IMG/VR virus record: IMGVR_UViG_3300035685_000002
Span: 39,061 to 103,060 of that record
Source of the DNA: a virus
Lineage: Duplodnaviria; Caudoviricetes
DNA: 64,000 nt
Strand: one strand, 5' to 3'
Below the pieces are notes generated by a model. That model made no database searches, had not been told where the DNA came from, and worked only from the letters and a program-made list of their open reading frames with translations. Numbering within the stretch: position 1 is the first letter of the stretch; each line of letters starts with the position of its first letter. The position numbers were made by a program, and so were the translations under genes. Positions 20,246-30,234 of this stretch are shown piece after piece.

Positions 20246-21698
20246 AGAAAAGCGATGTTGAAAGCCCACGTCTTTTAAGCGTGGGATGAAAACGAGCGAC
20301 TGTTTAGGTTGCGAAATTTATTCCGCCAGTTCCTCCTTAATGATACAATAACTAACACAGGGAGGTGATTCTATTGTTTGGATGTCAGCAAGTTTTAATT
20401 CATACAAACAAAGATACTCAATCAATAATCGAGTATCTTTGTAGCGAGTCGAACAAAGTATTCAACTGTGCTGTGTATTATGCTCGTCAAGTATATTTCA
20501 AGGCGCACAGATATGTCACCAAAGCCGAATTAGATGATGAATTGAAGACTAATCGGCATTTTCAAGCCATGTATTCTCAGGCGGCTCAACAAACTTGTCA
20601 TAGTGTCTTTGAAGGTTTTAAGTCTTTCAAAGCTCTCAACAAGTTATTTAGGCAGGGGAAGTTAGCAGAAAAGCCTAGACCTCCCAAATATCGCAAAGGT
20701 GGTTTGAATATTGTTAGCTATCCCAGGCAAGCTCTGAAATTGATAGATGGACAGATTCGTATTCCTCTGGGAACTAAAGTCAAAGCTTGGTTTGGTATTG
20801 ATTCATTCACAATCCCTATGCCAAGCAATTTAGACTTTAAGGACATCCGGGAATTAAGGATACTTCCCAGAAATCAGTGTTTCTATGCTGAGTTTGTCTA
20901 CAAGCTAAATGCAGTGGAGACCCACCTCGATCCTGACAGCGCCTTGGCAATCGACCCAGGTATGGATAACTGGTTAACTTGTATTTCCACAGTTGGAACC
21001 AGTTTTATCATTGATGGAAAACACGTTAAATCTTTGAATCGCTGGTACAACAAAAAGGTTTCAACGATTAAAGAAAGCAAGCCTCAAGGATTCTGGTCTA
21101 AAAAGTTAGCACATCTAACGGAGAAAAGAAACCGTCAGATGCGCGACGCTGTTAATAAGGCAGCAAAACTGGTAATCAATCACTGCATTGAGAATAATAT
21201 TGGAACCATTGTTTTTGGCTGGAACCAAGGACAAAAACAAGAATCAAACCTTGGTTCCAAGAATAATCAAAAATGGGTACAGGTTCCTACGGCTCGACTC
21301 AAAGGACGAATTTCCCAATTGTGCGAACAGCATGGGATTCGATTTGTGGAAACCGAGGAATCATACACCTCCAAATGCTCGTTTGTTGATGACGATTATC
21401 TCCCGAAATATGGTGAAAAACCCACGAACTGGAAGCCGTCAGGAAAGCGAGTGAAACGCGGTTTATATAGAACTGCTCTCAATTGGTATGTGAATGCGGA
21501 CTGTAACGCCGCAGGAAACATATTGAGGAAAGTAGCGACGATACTTGGATTTAATCTAAGTGGAGTTGGTAGGGTGCTTTTGACAGCACCCCAGAGAATT
21601 AAACTCTGGTCAGCTAAGAAGACGCGGAGGGACGCGGTTTTAACCCGTCCCGAAGTATCCTCTTAGAATCCCCCGTACTTCAGTCGGGGGAGTGTCAA
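20246..21698 (+). mobile_element. IS200/IS605-family TnpB-only element (IS1341-like)
   Basis: Left-end hairpin (CCCACG..CGTGGG at about 20265-20286); right-end hairpin ending GTGTCAA at 21698; preceded by TTTAC; no tnpA and no target-site duplication. Confidence 0.85.
20365..21666 (+). CDS. tnpB: RNA-guided endonuclease TnpB
   Basis: AIDPG (RuvC-I), EESYTSK and NADCNAA (RuvC-III). Confidence 0.93.
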   Translation: MILLFGCQQVLIHTNKDTQSIIEYLCSESNKVFNCAVYYARQVYFKAHRYVTKAELDDELKTNRHFQAMYSQAAQQTCHSVFEGFKSFKALNKLFRQGKLAEKPRPPKYRKGGLNIVSYPRQALKLIDGQIRIPLGTKVKAWFGIDSFTIPMPSNLDFKDIRELRILPRNQCFYAEFVYKLNAVETHLDPDSALAIDPGMDNWLTCISTVGTSFIIDGKHVKSLNRWYNKKVSTIKESKPQGFWSKKLAHLTEKRNRQMRDAVNKAAKLVINHCIENNIGTIVFGWNQGQKQESNLGSKNNQKWVQVPTARLKGRISQLCEQHGIRFVETEESYTSKCSFVDDDYLPKYGEKPTNWKPSGKRVKRGLYRTALNWYVNADCNAAGNILRKVATILGFNLSGVGRVLLTAPQRIKLWSAKKTRRDAVLTRPEVSS

Positions 21699-21906
21699 CT
21701 CATCGAGGCGAATTTTTAGTTCTGGATACTGGGCAAACACTGGATGATTGGACATTAGCTCTACAATCTCACCGAGCAAGTAGCCGCGCTCTAGGGCTTC
21801 TATGAAATGTCCGTTGTTGAGTGGTTCTCGCATACTTGTAACACCTGTGCATTTGTTTATTGTAGATACAGAAAAACCCCTTCTCGGCATGAGGAGGGGT
21901 TTTTGA

Positions 21907-22524
21907 TTAGGCGATCGCAATCATTACTGATTCAGGATCTTCTAGGTTATCTAGGGCATCATTTACTGCTCGCTCGGCACCCATTCCAGGAAATCTATCT
22001 TCAAGCATTAACTCGATTTCGTCGAAATCAATCCCTTGTTCTTCGCAGTAGGCACGGGCTTCGTCTAGGAAAACTTCTAGCTCTGCTTCGTAATTAGCGT
22101 TGTGCGCTTTATCTGCACAGTAATCACTGCAAAATGACTCGTCCATATCGCTGCCGTAGATATCCCAGGCACGGAAAGGATCTTCTGGAAGAACTTCTCC
22201 ACACTGATCGCAGTAACCTTTCTCGATATCGAGTTCTTTGGCTCGCTGCTTCAGAAAGTCTGGATCACATGATCCAAAATGCACTGTCATGCCTGTAGTA
22301 TTTCCCATGCCGATGATAATCTCCTCGTCGGGGCAGTCTTTCTGCCATTGGGTTTGGATCTTAATTGCAACCTCAACAGCTTCCACCGCTGAGTTGTAGG
22401 TCTTACCCTCCCCCTCGTATTTTTCAACAAGGGCACCGGGATTAACGTAGTCATAACTCCCTTTGGAGATTTCTACTGTGTAATCGCCGTCTGGGTATTG
22501 AATCTGTCTTGTAACTGTCCACAT
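21907..22524 (-). CDS. Acidic hypothetical protein with Zn finger (accessory cassette)
   Basis: CDQC...FCSDYC; promoter at 22539-22562. Confidence 0.7.
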   Translation of the reverse strand: MWTVTRQIQYPDGDYTVEISKGSYDYVNPGALVEKYEGEGKTYNSAVEAVEVAIKIQTQWQKDCPDEEIIIGMGNTTGMTVHFGSCDPDFLKQRAKELDIEKGYCDQCGEVLPEDPFRAWDIYGSDMDESFCSDYCADKAHNANYEAELEVFLDEARAYCEEQGIDFDEIELMLEDRFPGMGAERAVNDALDNLEDPESVMIAIA

Positions 22525-22802
22525 ATATTTGTTATCTGTGTTTACAATATTATTTTATCACACTATATACCGTATTAATACTAATTGCTTTTGCGAATTA
22601 CTGAGGGTTGATAAATATGGCACTTTTTGAGTTACGATTAACTTGAGGCGAAGAACCGTGCTAGCAGCGAGGCGATTCGTGGCTCAGGTATTTGGGAGAA
22701 CCTATCCTAGGGCAACCTCTGTTTACCGATGCTAGCGAACAAAGAAGCGGCGTAGTCCCTACAAACTGCGCCGCTCTTGTTTTGTTTAATAAAGGTTTAT
22801 TA

Positions 22803-23231
22803 CTAGAACGAACTCTCTACGGTTTCAGTGCTCCAGACGAATCGCCCGCCCCGGAACTTGAGGCTGGACTGGATAGAGACAAGCGATCGCTTCTTCTCCA
22901 AAGAATCCATTAGACCAGGAAAAATCTGCTGGCAGTAAGCGAGAGTCTTTTGCAGCTCTGTCTGCCGTTGCTCCTCCCACCCTTCCAGGAGTTTGCTGCG
23001 ACCGGGGATTTTTGCCATGTCGTGGAGGGAAAGTTTATGGCGATCGCTTCCCTTGACTTCAACAGAGATATCGCTAGTCTTCCGTTGGAAGAACACCACA
23101 ACTTCCCCCAGTCCATCCGCTTGAGAGTGTTCCAAGGCTTGAAGTATGAACGGCTCTAGGGCTGAAATAATATCTTTGGGTTTCGAGCTGTTACCTTTGC
23201 GGTAACCAACAAATTGAGAGCTTACGGTCAT
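22803..23231 (-). CDS. Hypothetical protein downstream of the gp25-like gene
   Basis: 142-aa ORF starting 2 nt after the gp25-like stop. Confidence 0.55.
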   Translation of the reverse strand: MTVSSQFVGYRKGNSSKPKDIISALEPFILQALEHSQADGLGEVVVFFQRKTSDISVEVKGSDRHKLSLHDMAKIPGRSKLLEGWEEQRQTELQKTLAYCQQIFPGLMDSLEKKRSLVSIQSSLKFRGGRFVWSTETVESSF

Positions 23232-23233
23232 TG

Positions 23234-23713
23234 TCAGAATCTGTGTAGGGGGTGTTCGTCTAGATAGATTTCATCAAGGAAGGAGCCAACGTCACCATTC
23301 CAGATTGCTCCCTGGTAGGAGTAGAAGGGGAAGGTCAGCAGATGGCGATCCGGTTCGCCTTTTGGGGTGAAGTAGATTTCTGTTCTTAGAGCATTCTGGT
23401 AGTTTGTGTATTCTGACACCCGGACAAATAGCTGATCTAACCCCGCCACCCATCGCTTGATCTCCGACTCTGCGTGATAGACCCAGTATTCTGGCGCGTA
23501 GTTCGACAGTGGCTCGAAGAGATCTACAGCGATACCGAAATCTGGATGCAAGGGGTCTTCACCTTTTTTGATCAAGCACACGGAAATGATGGCATGGCTG
23601 ATCGTCCGCACTCCGGACACTATGTTCATGTTCCCGTATTCGTCATAAGGAAGCCAGAGTGACCAAGCATTGCCATAAAATCCGTAGAGATTGGAGGCGG
23701 AGAGTAGGGGCAT
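23234..23713 (-). CDS. Baseplate wedge subunit, gp25/GPW-like
   Basis: I..AI......GE.P..PDFG....LFEP motif. Confidence 0.75.
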   Translation of the reverse strand: MPLLSASNLYGFYGNAWSLWLPYDEYGNMNIVSGVRTISHAIISVCLIKKGEDPLHPDFGIAVDLFEPLSNYAPEYWVYHAESEIKRWVAGLDQLFVRVSEYTNYQNALRTEIYFTPKGEPDRHLLTFPFYSYQGAIWNGDVGSFLDEIYLDEHPLHRF

Positions 23714-23816
23714 GAAAAAACCGACCAAGGGTCGGCTCTTTGATAAGGAGCTTATTTCTCAATAGTATTAAGGTTGGACAGGTGGTAATAAACCTTTATT
23801 AACAACCCACAAAAGT

Positions 23817-24116
23817 ATGGATAATACATCCTGGTTTTTGGTTAGCATTCGAGCTACCTGGGGCGAGTACGAGCAAGTTCAACAGATTCGAGAAGAAAAT
23901 AGGCGATACCCAAAATTGGCTTATTTTGAGGGAGTACTTGAATTGCAAGGCAGCCTAGCTTCATTTACGCCTGAAATTCTTTCATTTATTGATCAGCTAC
24001 TAATTACACCCGATAGTCTAGTAAGTGCTATGATTACCAGTGATTCTCTGGAAGAATTTCTGGACTATGGTCAAACGAAGCAATTGCTTGATTTAACGTT
24101 ACAAAACAACCTCTAA
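23817..24116 (+). CDS. Hypothetical protein
   Basis: 99-aa ORF. Confidence 0.55.
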   Translation: MDNTSWFLVSIRATWGEYEQVQQIREENRRYPKLAYFEGVLELQGSLASFTPEILSFIDQLLITPDSLVSAMITSDSLEEFLDYGQTKQLLDLTLQNNL

Positions 24117-24141
24117 ACCAAAGGTTGTTTTGTTTGATTAC

Positions 24142-24399
24142 CTAGATGTTTTTCTCTAGATGCTTTTTGTAAACTCCTGCAACATCCTCTTCAGTTAATC
24201 CGAGAATTTCACCAATCCTTGCTATGGATTCAATTCGGTTTGAGTCTAGATAGTTTTTCTGTGCCTCCTCAATTTCTTTTGTATCCATGCCGAGAATTTC
24301 TCCAGCTTCTTTTAATCTACCAAGAGGTGTTTCAGACGTTAATTCGGCTTCGGTAATTAGGTTTATGCTATCTACCACTTTTTTGTGAAATTCTTCCAT
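24142..24399 (-). CDS. Hypothetical protein
   Basis: 85 aa with an internal GEILG repeat. Confidence 0.6.
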   Translation of the reverse strand: MEEFHKKVVDSINLITEAELTSETPLGRLKEAGEILGMDTKEIEEAQKNYLDSNRIESIARIGEILGLTEEDVAGVYKKHLEKNI

Positions 24400-24525
24400 T
24401 ATTTACTCGTTTTTTAGATATCAATACTACTATTTTATCCCAAAAATACATATATCAATCGAGCGATCGGTAATAAACCTTTATTAGTTGCCAAAGCAAA
24501 AGCTCCCCAACTGGGGAGCCTCTGA

Positions 24526-25113
24526 CTAGTAATCTAGTCGGCCATCCTCAAGGAATCGCCATTGATTGGCTTCAATAGCCTCCTTGATGACTTCTTCCTT
24601 CATAGAATGCTCAATGTCTAGATACCCAAGTCTTTCAAGTTCCTTGGAGCGATCGCAGACATCTTCTTCAATACATCTGGTTAGCTTGTTCAGGGCTTCC
24701 ACAACTTCTATGGGTACTGGGTAATCATTACCCTGGTCGTATTCCATCACAACCATCATTGATTTGTGGTGGTGATAGTGATTGGATTTTCCTGCGATAC
24801 TGATCGAAACATCCCATTCCTCTATGATTTGGCTGAGTCCTGGTTTGTCTGGACAGATGCGAGGAAGTAATATATCCCAATCACTGATCCGACCGTAGAA
24901 CGCTACTCCATCACCTTGGCAATAGCTGAGAGAAAATCGGATATCATCCGATGGATATCCCCATTCCTTTAAGTACCCTACAAACGATTCTTCTAGTCGT
25001 TCAGACGGAAAGCTCTCGTACTCCTGCTCTCGAAGAAGCGTGATCGCATTCTCCTGGGCTTTAGCAGATAGTTCCTCGAACTTGTAGACTATGTATGTTC
25101 TGGTTTCAGGCAT
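24526..25113 (-). CDS. Hypothetical phage protein (accessory cassette)
   Basis: YKFEELS..AQE.A N-terminus; promoter at 25128-25151. Confidence 0.75.
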   Translation of the reverse strand: MPETRTYIVYKFEELSAKAQENAITLLREQEYESFPSERLEESFVGYLKEWGYPSDDIRFSLSYCQGDGVAFYGRISDWDILLPRICPDKPGLSQIIEEWDVSISIAGKSNHYHHHKSMMVVMEYDQGNDYPVPIEVVEALNKLTRCIEEDVCDRSKELERLGYLDIEHSMKEEVIKEAIEANQWRFLEDGRLDY

Positions 25114-25158
25114 GGTTTTGCTTGTATTGTTTACCTTATTATTTTATCACATTTAAAC

Positions 25159-25689
25159 ATGATTTACGGTATTTTAGATGTAGAAAGCGTTGGACTTCAC
25201 GGCGAGGGTTTTGCTGCGGCAATTACTGTTATTAATGAGAAAGCGGAGATTCTGGATTTGGTTTATTTTGGCTGCCCGGATGAAGCGGCAGAAGGTAGTG
25301 AGAGCGATCGCACCTGGATCAAAGAACACGTAGTCCCCTTCCTCCCGGAACCTAATTGCGAATCACCAAGACAGGTTAGAGATGGCATCTGGGATTTCTA
25401 CATGAGGTGGAACAAGGAGCCAGAATTTTCCCTTTGGGCAGATTGCGGGTTTCCGGTTGAGGACAGGTTTTTGTTGATGTGCGTCGAGGATGGGGGAAGC
25501 GATCGCGTTTGGGATGGCCCATATCCATTGCAGGAAATAGCAACAATACGCACTGCACTGGAATTAGATCCGACGCTGCCATATGAGCTGTCCCAGGCAG
25601 AGCAGCACAATCCGATTATCGAAACTCAGCACATCGGAGCCAAGCTTGTAAAGTGGTTAGACCAGTTGCGTCTAAGAGTTCATGAATAA
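25159..25689 (+). CDS. DEDD-like 3'-5' exonuclease domain protein
   Basis: ILDVESVGL, WAD...D and HNP..E. Confidence 0.6.
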   Translation: MIYGILDVESVGLHGEGFAAAITVINEKAEILDLVYFGCPDEAAEGSESDRTWIKEHVVPFLPEPNCESPRQVRDGIWDFYMRWNKEPEFSLWADCGFPVEDRFLLMCVEDGGSDRVWDGPYPLQEIATIRTALELDPTLPYELSQAEQHNPIIETQHIGAKLVKWLDQLRLRVHE

Positions 25690-26230
25690 TAAAGGTTTAT
25701 TAAAGCAGTCCAGCAAAATTAAGTTACCGTTTGACCCTCAGATTGTTACCGCTAAGTATCAGAAGCACGACGATGGTGATACGGTTATCGTGCAGGGCGG
25801 CTTTACGGCGGTAGTGAGGATTGCTCGGATAGATGCACCAGAGGTTCCTCATACGCTACAGCAGAAGGCTTTTAAATCTAAAGTTGCCCTATCTCAGTAC
25901 AAGTGGGGTAAGGCTGCCAAGGATGCAATTACTAGCAAGATAGAGGAACAGGGACTCAATATTACTTTTGAGACTGTTGGGTTTGATAATCGCTACAACC
26001 GTAATCTGGCGATGGCACGATTCCATGATGGAACCGACTGGGGAACTCATCTTGTTGAGCTGGGTCTGGCAATGGTTTATGACAAATATGCTGTCCTAGG
26101 ATTGGACTATGAACAGCTTAAGAATGCGGAGCGGATAGCCAAGGAAAAGAAAAAGGGGCTGTGGTCTGATCCTGATTTCGTTGCTCCTTGGGAATTTAGG
26201 AAGCTGCTGAATCTAAATGTTGTTGATTAG
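25682..26230 (+). CDS. Thermonuclease (SNase) family protein
   Basis: DGDT, VRIARIDAPE, DxRYxR and KKGLW...PWEFR. Confidence 0.9.
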   Translation: MNNKGLLKQSSKIKLPFDPQIVTAKYQKHDDGDTVIVQGGFTAVVRIARIDAPEVPHTLQQKAFKSKVALSQYKWGKAAKDAITSKIEEQGLNITFETVGFDNRYNRNLAMARFHDGTDWGTHLVELGLAMVYDKYAVLGLDYEQLKNAERIAKEKKKGLWSDPDFVAPWEFRKLLNLNVVD

Positions 26231-26311
26231 CAAAATGCAAAACCGCCCACCTGAGTGGTGAGCGGTTTTTAGGGGATGAATGCAAAAGCCCCCGGATATC
26301 GGGGGCTTTTA

Positions 26312-26767
26312 TCAGTTGACTCGATACAAAAGTATCTTGTCTTTGTCCTTAGTTCCGAGTCCGAGCGCACCTAGCACCTGTCCCCAGAATTTGAAATCTA
26401 TATCCGTGAGGCAGATTTCGTCAAAATCATATGGTGCGAGGAAATGTCCTCGTCCATCTGCCGCGATCGCATCCTCCACAAATTGATCCAAATCCTCAAC
26501 AAGAGCTTCGATAGCATCATTTGCATCTTCGCACTTATTTTGTTGATAATTCCGGATCATTTCAATCAGATCTTCGTCATATGGCAGTTTAGAGTGTTCG
26601 ATGATGAATTCGGTCTTAAAAGACCATAACGAGTCTTTTATGCACTCCGCCGCTGCTTCATCTGCTTCCTCTTCAGAAGCTGCTACAGCGTATTCACCGC
26701 CGTCGATCTCGTAAATGTCGAGACCGTAAAATGTATGACCTTGCTTTTCGATGGTTTCGATTTCCAT
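26312..26767 (-). CDS. Acidic hypothetical protein (accessory cassette)
   Basis: Promoter at 26782-26806; terminator at 26284-26310. Confidence 0.75.
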   Translation of the reverse strand: MEIETIEKQGHTFYGLDIYEIDGGEYAVAASEEEADEAAAECIKDSLWSFKTEFIIEHSKLPYDEDLIEMIRNYQQNKCEDANDAIEALVEDLDQFVEDAIAADGRGHFLAPYDFDEICLTDIDFKFWGQVLGALGLGTKDKDKILLYRVN

Positions 26768-26861
26768 AACACCTTGTTTCGTGTTTACATAAACTATTTT
26801 ATCACACTTTAATAAAGGTTTAATAAAAAATCGCTCTCCAATATGGAGGGCGATTTTCCCA

Positions 26862-27422
26862 TTAAGCTTCTACAGGAATGTCAATATACTCAACTTCAAA
26901 CTGAGACATCGTCTCATCGAACCGTTCCTTCAATCGATCGGTTCTTGATTTCAACCACTCGATCAAATCGTCTTTGGTCTTTACCTTGGGCAGTTTTTCG
27001 TGTTCTTCCAAAAGGATGTGCTTGCAGAAAAATTTCCAGTTTTCTAGTCGTTCTTCTCGTAGAGTCCACTTTTTGTAATCCCCTAAATGGGTTTTCCGCC
27101 AACCTCTGCTCCCTTGATACCAGTACCAAGCATTTTCTAAGTAATGCATTGGTAATCCATCCTGGGAATGGAGGTGGAATTGAATTAAAGGTCTCAGTTT
27201 ACGTGCTCGCTTCGCGATTAAATCGTGTTGGCACCCAAAGGCATCCTCTACCCATCGACCTCGTCCATTTTTCTGTCGATACGTGTCGGCGGTAATAGAG
27301 AAATGGGGCTGGCGATTGCCATATATGTAGTGCATTCCGTAATGCACTACCCCTTTGTATTGGTAACCATCCTCCATCCAGGGAGATAGGTTGTACTGCT
27401 TTTTCTTTTCGATACTGTTCAT
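26862..27422 (-). CDS. Hypothetical phage protein (accessory cassette)
   Basis: Promoter at 27437-27461; hairpin at about 26827-26857. Confidence 0.7.
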   Translation of the reverse strand: MNSIEKKKQYNLSPWMEDGYQYKGVVHYGMHYIYGNRQPHFSITADTYRQKNGRGRWVEDAFGCQHDLIAKRARKLRPLIQFHLHSQDGLPMHYLENAWYWYQGSRGWRKTHLGDYKKWTLREERLENWKFFCKHILLEEHEKLPKVKTKDDLIEWLKSRTDRLKERFDETMSQFEVEYIDIPVEA

Positions 27423-27508
27423 TGTTCAGTATTATGTGTTTACATAAACTATTTTATCACATTTTTAATAAAGGTTTATTACAGAAACTTGGATGCAAGA
27501 ATTTAGGA

Positions 27509-29488
27509 ATGCAGACCAGGATGAGACTAACAGCATCTAATAATAAAGCGATCGCCCGCGCCACAGATCCTGGAGGCATCGCAGACCGTCGCAAATTCGC
27601 CGCCCAAATGACAAGAGTTAGAAAGTATTCTGTTGAACGCTGGTACAAAGAGGGCGGCTACTGGTTCTTGTCTTGGGTAAAAGAACATTACAGAACATGG
27701 ACTGGCGAACTTCTCCGTTGGGAAGATCCCTTCTCAGAAGAATTTTACTTAATATGGGGAAATCCCTGGATAGTCTCCATATATGCTGAAAAGTCAGCTC
27801 AGGTGGGATTTTCAGAAGGAGGAATAGCTTTTACCGCCTTTTGTTTAGGCGCACTCCGCGTACCTACGGCTTACGGAGTGGAGCAAGAGCGGAAACTGGG
27901 AGACATGGTTGGTCCCAGAATTCAGCCAGCGCTGGATAACATTGCACCAATTCAAAAGCTCAAGGTGGATTATAAGAAATCTGTTGGTCGCAAAGATACA
28001 GACACTAAGCAGCGGCAGATTACCGTGGGCGGGGTCTTGCTGACCTGCTTCTATGCCAGTACTAGTTCAGGGGGTAAGGGCGGAGACGGAAGAGGGCGGC
28101 AGGCGGCATCTGGACTGTCTTCTTTTACTGCCTGGGTGTTGGCTTGTTTGGATGAGATTGAACTCTGGCCGAGCGGAGCGCTGGATGTAGCTCGGCAAAG
28201 ACAGGAAGCATCCCCTCTGCCAACTAAGCCACTGAGGGCTGGATCGACTCCCGGCCATGAAGGTGGCATTGTGGATACTTACTCGCGAGGGGCAAAGTAT
28301 TTATTTCAGTGGGAGGTGAGGTGTCCTTGCTGCGATCGCCTCCAACACCTCGACCCCTTTGGCAATCTCCTTATCGCGGTTCCGGTAGATGAGGAGGGGA
28401 ATGAGGTTGCAGAAAGCAGCGAGACAGAGTTCATCGACATCATGGGGCGTCCGCGCCGCTGGTTTCATCGCGAGCCAGAGCGTCCGATAGAGACGGCATT
28501 TGTGGGATGTCTGCATTGTGGTGGGGAACTGAGCAAGGAAGCGATCGCACAAGGTCGGTTTACCTGCATTAATTCCGGCATCTCGTTACGGGAGTTGCAC
28601 GATAAGTTACTAAAGGAGCAGGTTCCGCTGTACGATGACGTGTCCCTGAGGTTGCCTAAACTCGCGACAGCAAGGTTTAGCGCACCGGAGAGAATACGCA
28701 GATTAATCCAAACGCGAAATCCCGCCGACGAAATTCAGCAGGGATTAGGTAAGCCGGTATCGATTGGTGGTGGGCGGATTAACCTGACGCGAACCTTGTG
28801 GTGTGTGGGTCGTCCCTATCCGGTTCAGGCAGCGCAATGGGAGGAATACATTGTCATCGGCGTAGACCAGGGAACGGTAGGGAACTGGGTTGTTGTTTGC
28901 AAGTTCTGGGTTCCGGATGACGGGGAGGATGACGAGGATCGATGGTATCGCGCCTTTGGGGAAGTCGTCTCGTATCAACACTTGGGGGGTGGGTTCGCGG
29001 CGATTCATAAACTGGCTCAATTGTATGAGGCAGACCTAGTAGGGATAGACAACGAACCGGAAGTGGAGAAAGCCGGCGAGTACGCCCGACAGCATCCGCC
29101 AGATTACGACAACGAGGGCTACGCCGTTCTGCTGTTCGACCAGTTAAAACTTAACGGACCCAAATACAAGCAATCTGTCAAAGATGTCCAGGGCGTCGAT
29201 GTTCCGATAATTGCGTTGCACCGAACGGCTCAATTGGATGCGGTGCGCGATCGCATCCACCAGCTCCAGTATCGATTCCCCAAGGACACCATTTACGACC
29301 CCAAGGATGATGAGAATTTCTTGTACCACTTGCAGACATCTGAGCGATTAAAGACTGGGCAGTGGACGGAGCCGCAGGGGACACCAGATCACTATCACCA
29401 TGCGCTGGGGTTTGCGGAGATGGCTCTGCTGTATTGGCTAGTAGAAGCACCGGAACCGATGGTGTTTGGCACGATGAAGCGAGATTAG
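27509..29488 (+). CDS. Terminase large subunit (lambda GpA-like)
   Basis: KSAQVGFSE Walker A, CLDE Walker B, STP coupling motif, CxxC pairs, IGVDQG nuclease motif and PDHY. Confidence 0.88.
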   Translation: MQTRMRLTASNNKAIARATDPGGIADRRKFAAQMTRVRKYSVERWYKEGGYWFLSWVKEHYRTWTGELLRWEDPFSEEFYLIWGNPWIVSIYAEKSAQVGFSEGGIAFTAFCLGALRVPTAYGVEQERKLGDMVGPRIQPALDNIAPIQKLKVDYKKSVGRKDTDTKQRQITVGGVLLTCFYASTSSGGKGGDGRGRQAASGLSSFTAWVLACLDEIELWPSGALDVARQRQEASPLPTKPLRAGSTPGHEGGIVDTYSRGAKYLFQWEVRCPCCDRLQHLDPFGNLLIAVPVDEEGNEVAESSETEFIDIMGRPRRWFHREPERPIETAFVGCLHCGGELSKEAIAQGRFTCINSGISLRELHDKLLKEQVPLYDDVSLRLPKLATARFSAPERIRRLIQTRNPADEIQQGLGKPVSIGGGRINLTRTLWCVGRPYPVQAAQWEEYIVIGVDQGTVGNWVVVCKFWVPDDGEDDEDRWYRAFGEVVSYQHLGGGFAAIHKLAQLYEADLVGIDNEPEVEKAGEYARQHPPDYDNEGYAVLLFDQLKLNGPKYKQSVKDVQGVDVPIIALHRTAQLDAVRDRIHQLQYRFPKDTIYDPKDDENFLYHLQTSERLKTGQWTEPQGTPDHYHHALGFAEMALLYWLVEAPEPMVFGTMKRD

Positions 29489-30105
29489 CTTTTTAGTGAT
29501 TCGGTTTTCTGGATGAGCCAATCTCTGTATTTATGCATTGTCGAGCGGTCAACAAATATTTGTCGTTGCAGATTCTCAATTTGCGAACACTGCTCTTGAC
29601 CCACCAAGGGCTTGACTGTTTCTGCTAGTTCTAGGAGCTTGTCTGTGCGAGAGATTCCGTTGTCTAATGTCGCACTCAGAATCTGCACAATTTGCATTAG
29701 AGTGTCGTAGTTCTCCTCAGCAAAGTTCCTCTTGCGCTGCAAGCGGGATTCGACGGCGACAATGAGTTCATGAACCCTGAATGGCTTAGTGAGATAGTCG
29801 TCAGCTTCGGTCATTCCCTCCCGGATATCATTCTTCCCGGCTTTGGCTGACAGAAAAATGAATGGGATATTTCGAGTTTGTATAGAGTGATTGTTGATTT
29901 GATCTTTTAGCCAGAAGCCATCATGTTCCGGCATCATGATATCTGAGATTATTAGGTCGGGTATTTGTTCGCAGGCGATCGCCAACCCTTCACGAGCACT
30001 CGCTGCTTCCAGAACCGTATACTCAGCGCTTGAAAGCATTTCTGATAGATTAGCTCTTATATCATGAACATCCTCAACGATGAGGATTTTTATCTCGCTG
30101 GGCAT
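29485..30105 (-). CDS. Response regulator (REC domain plus coiled tail)
   Basis: ILIVED, PDLIISDIMMP, FLSA and DDYLTKPF. Confidence 0.92.
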   Translation of the reverse strand: MPSEIKILIVEDVHDIRANLSEMLSSAEYTVLEAASAREGLAIACEQIPDLIISDIMMPEHDGFWLKDQINNHSIQTRNIPFIFLSAKAGKNDIREGMTEADDYLTKPFRVHELIVAVESRLQRKRNFAEENYDTLMQIVQILSATLDNGISRTDKLLELAETVKPLVGQEQCSQIENLQRQIFVDRSTMHKYRDWLIQKTESLKS

Positions 30106-30234
30106 ATGAATTCTTAATGCTGTTCATGTATTTTAACAAGGATTTAATTTGAGGGGAGGGGCGATCGCCCTCTTTAATAAAGGTTTATTAGCAATTCGCA
30201 AAACAAAACCCCACCAATTCGGTGGGGTTTTAGG

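Larger units (their letters stand above)
20153..21833 (-). pseudogene. 75-aa hypothetical gene split by the IS (fragments 21833-21699 and 20245-20153)
   Basis: Removing 20246-21698 gives an in-frame join ...ELKIRLDE|VKGLVGDLYQEIG...DRDE*. Confidence 0.75.

Noticed and set aside
20246-21698. IStron (self-splicing IS) or Cas12 system
   Set aside because: The element is antisense to the interrupted gene, only ~120 nt precede tnpB, and there is no CRISPR array.
27422-27508. ORF-track N-terminal extensions (terminase from 27422; also 23728, 53339, 55714, 63582, 47444, 39136)
   Set aside because: They run through promoter, palindrome or terminator sequence, so downstream ATGs were chosen.
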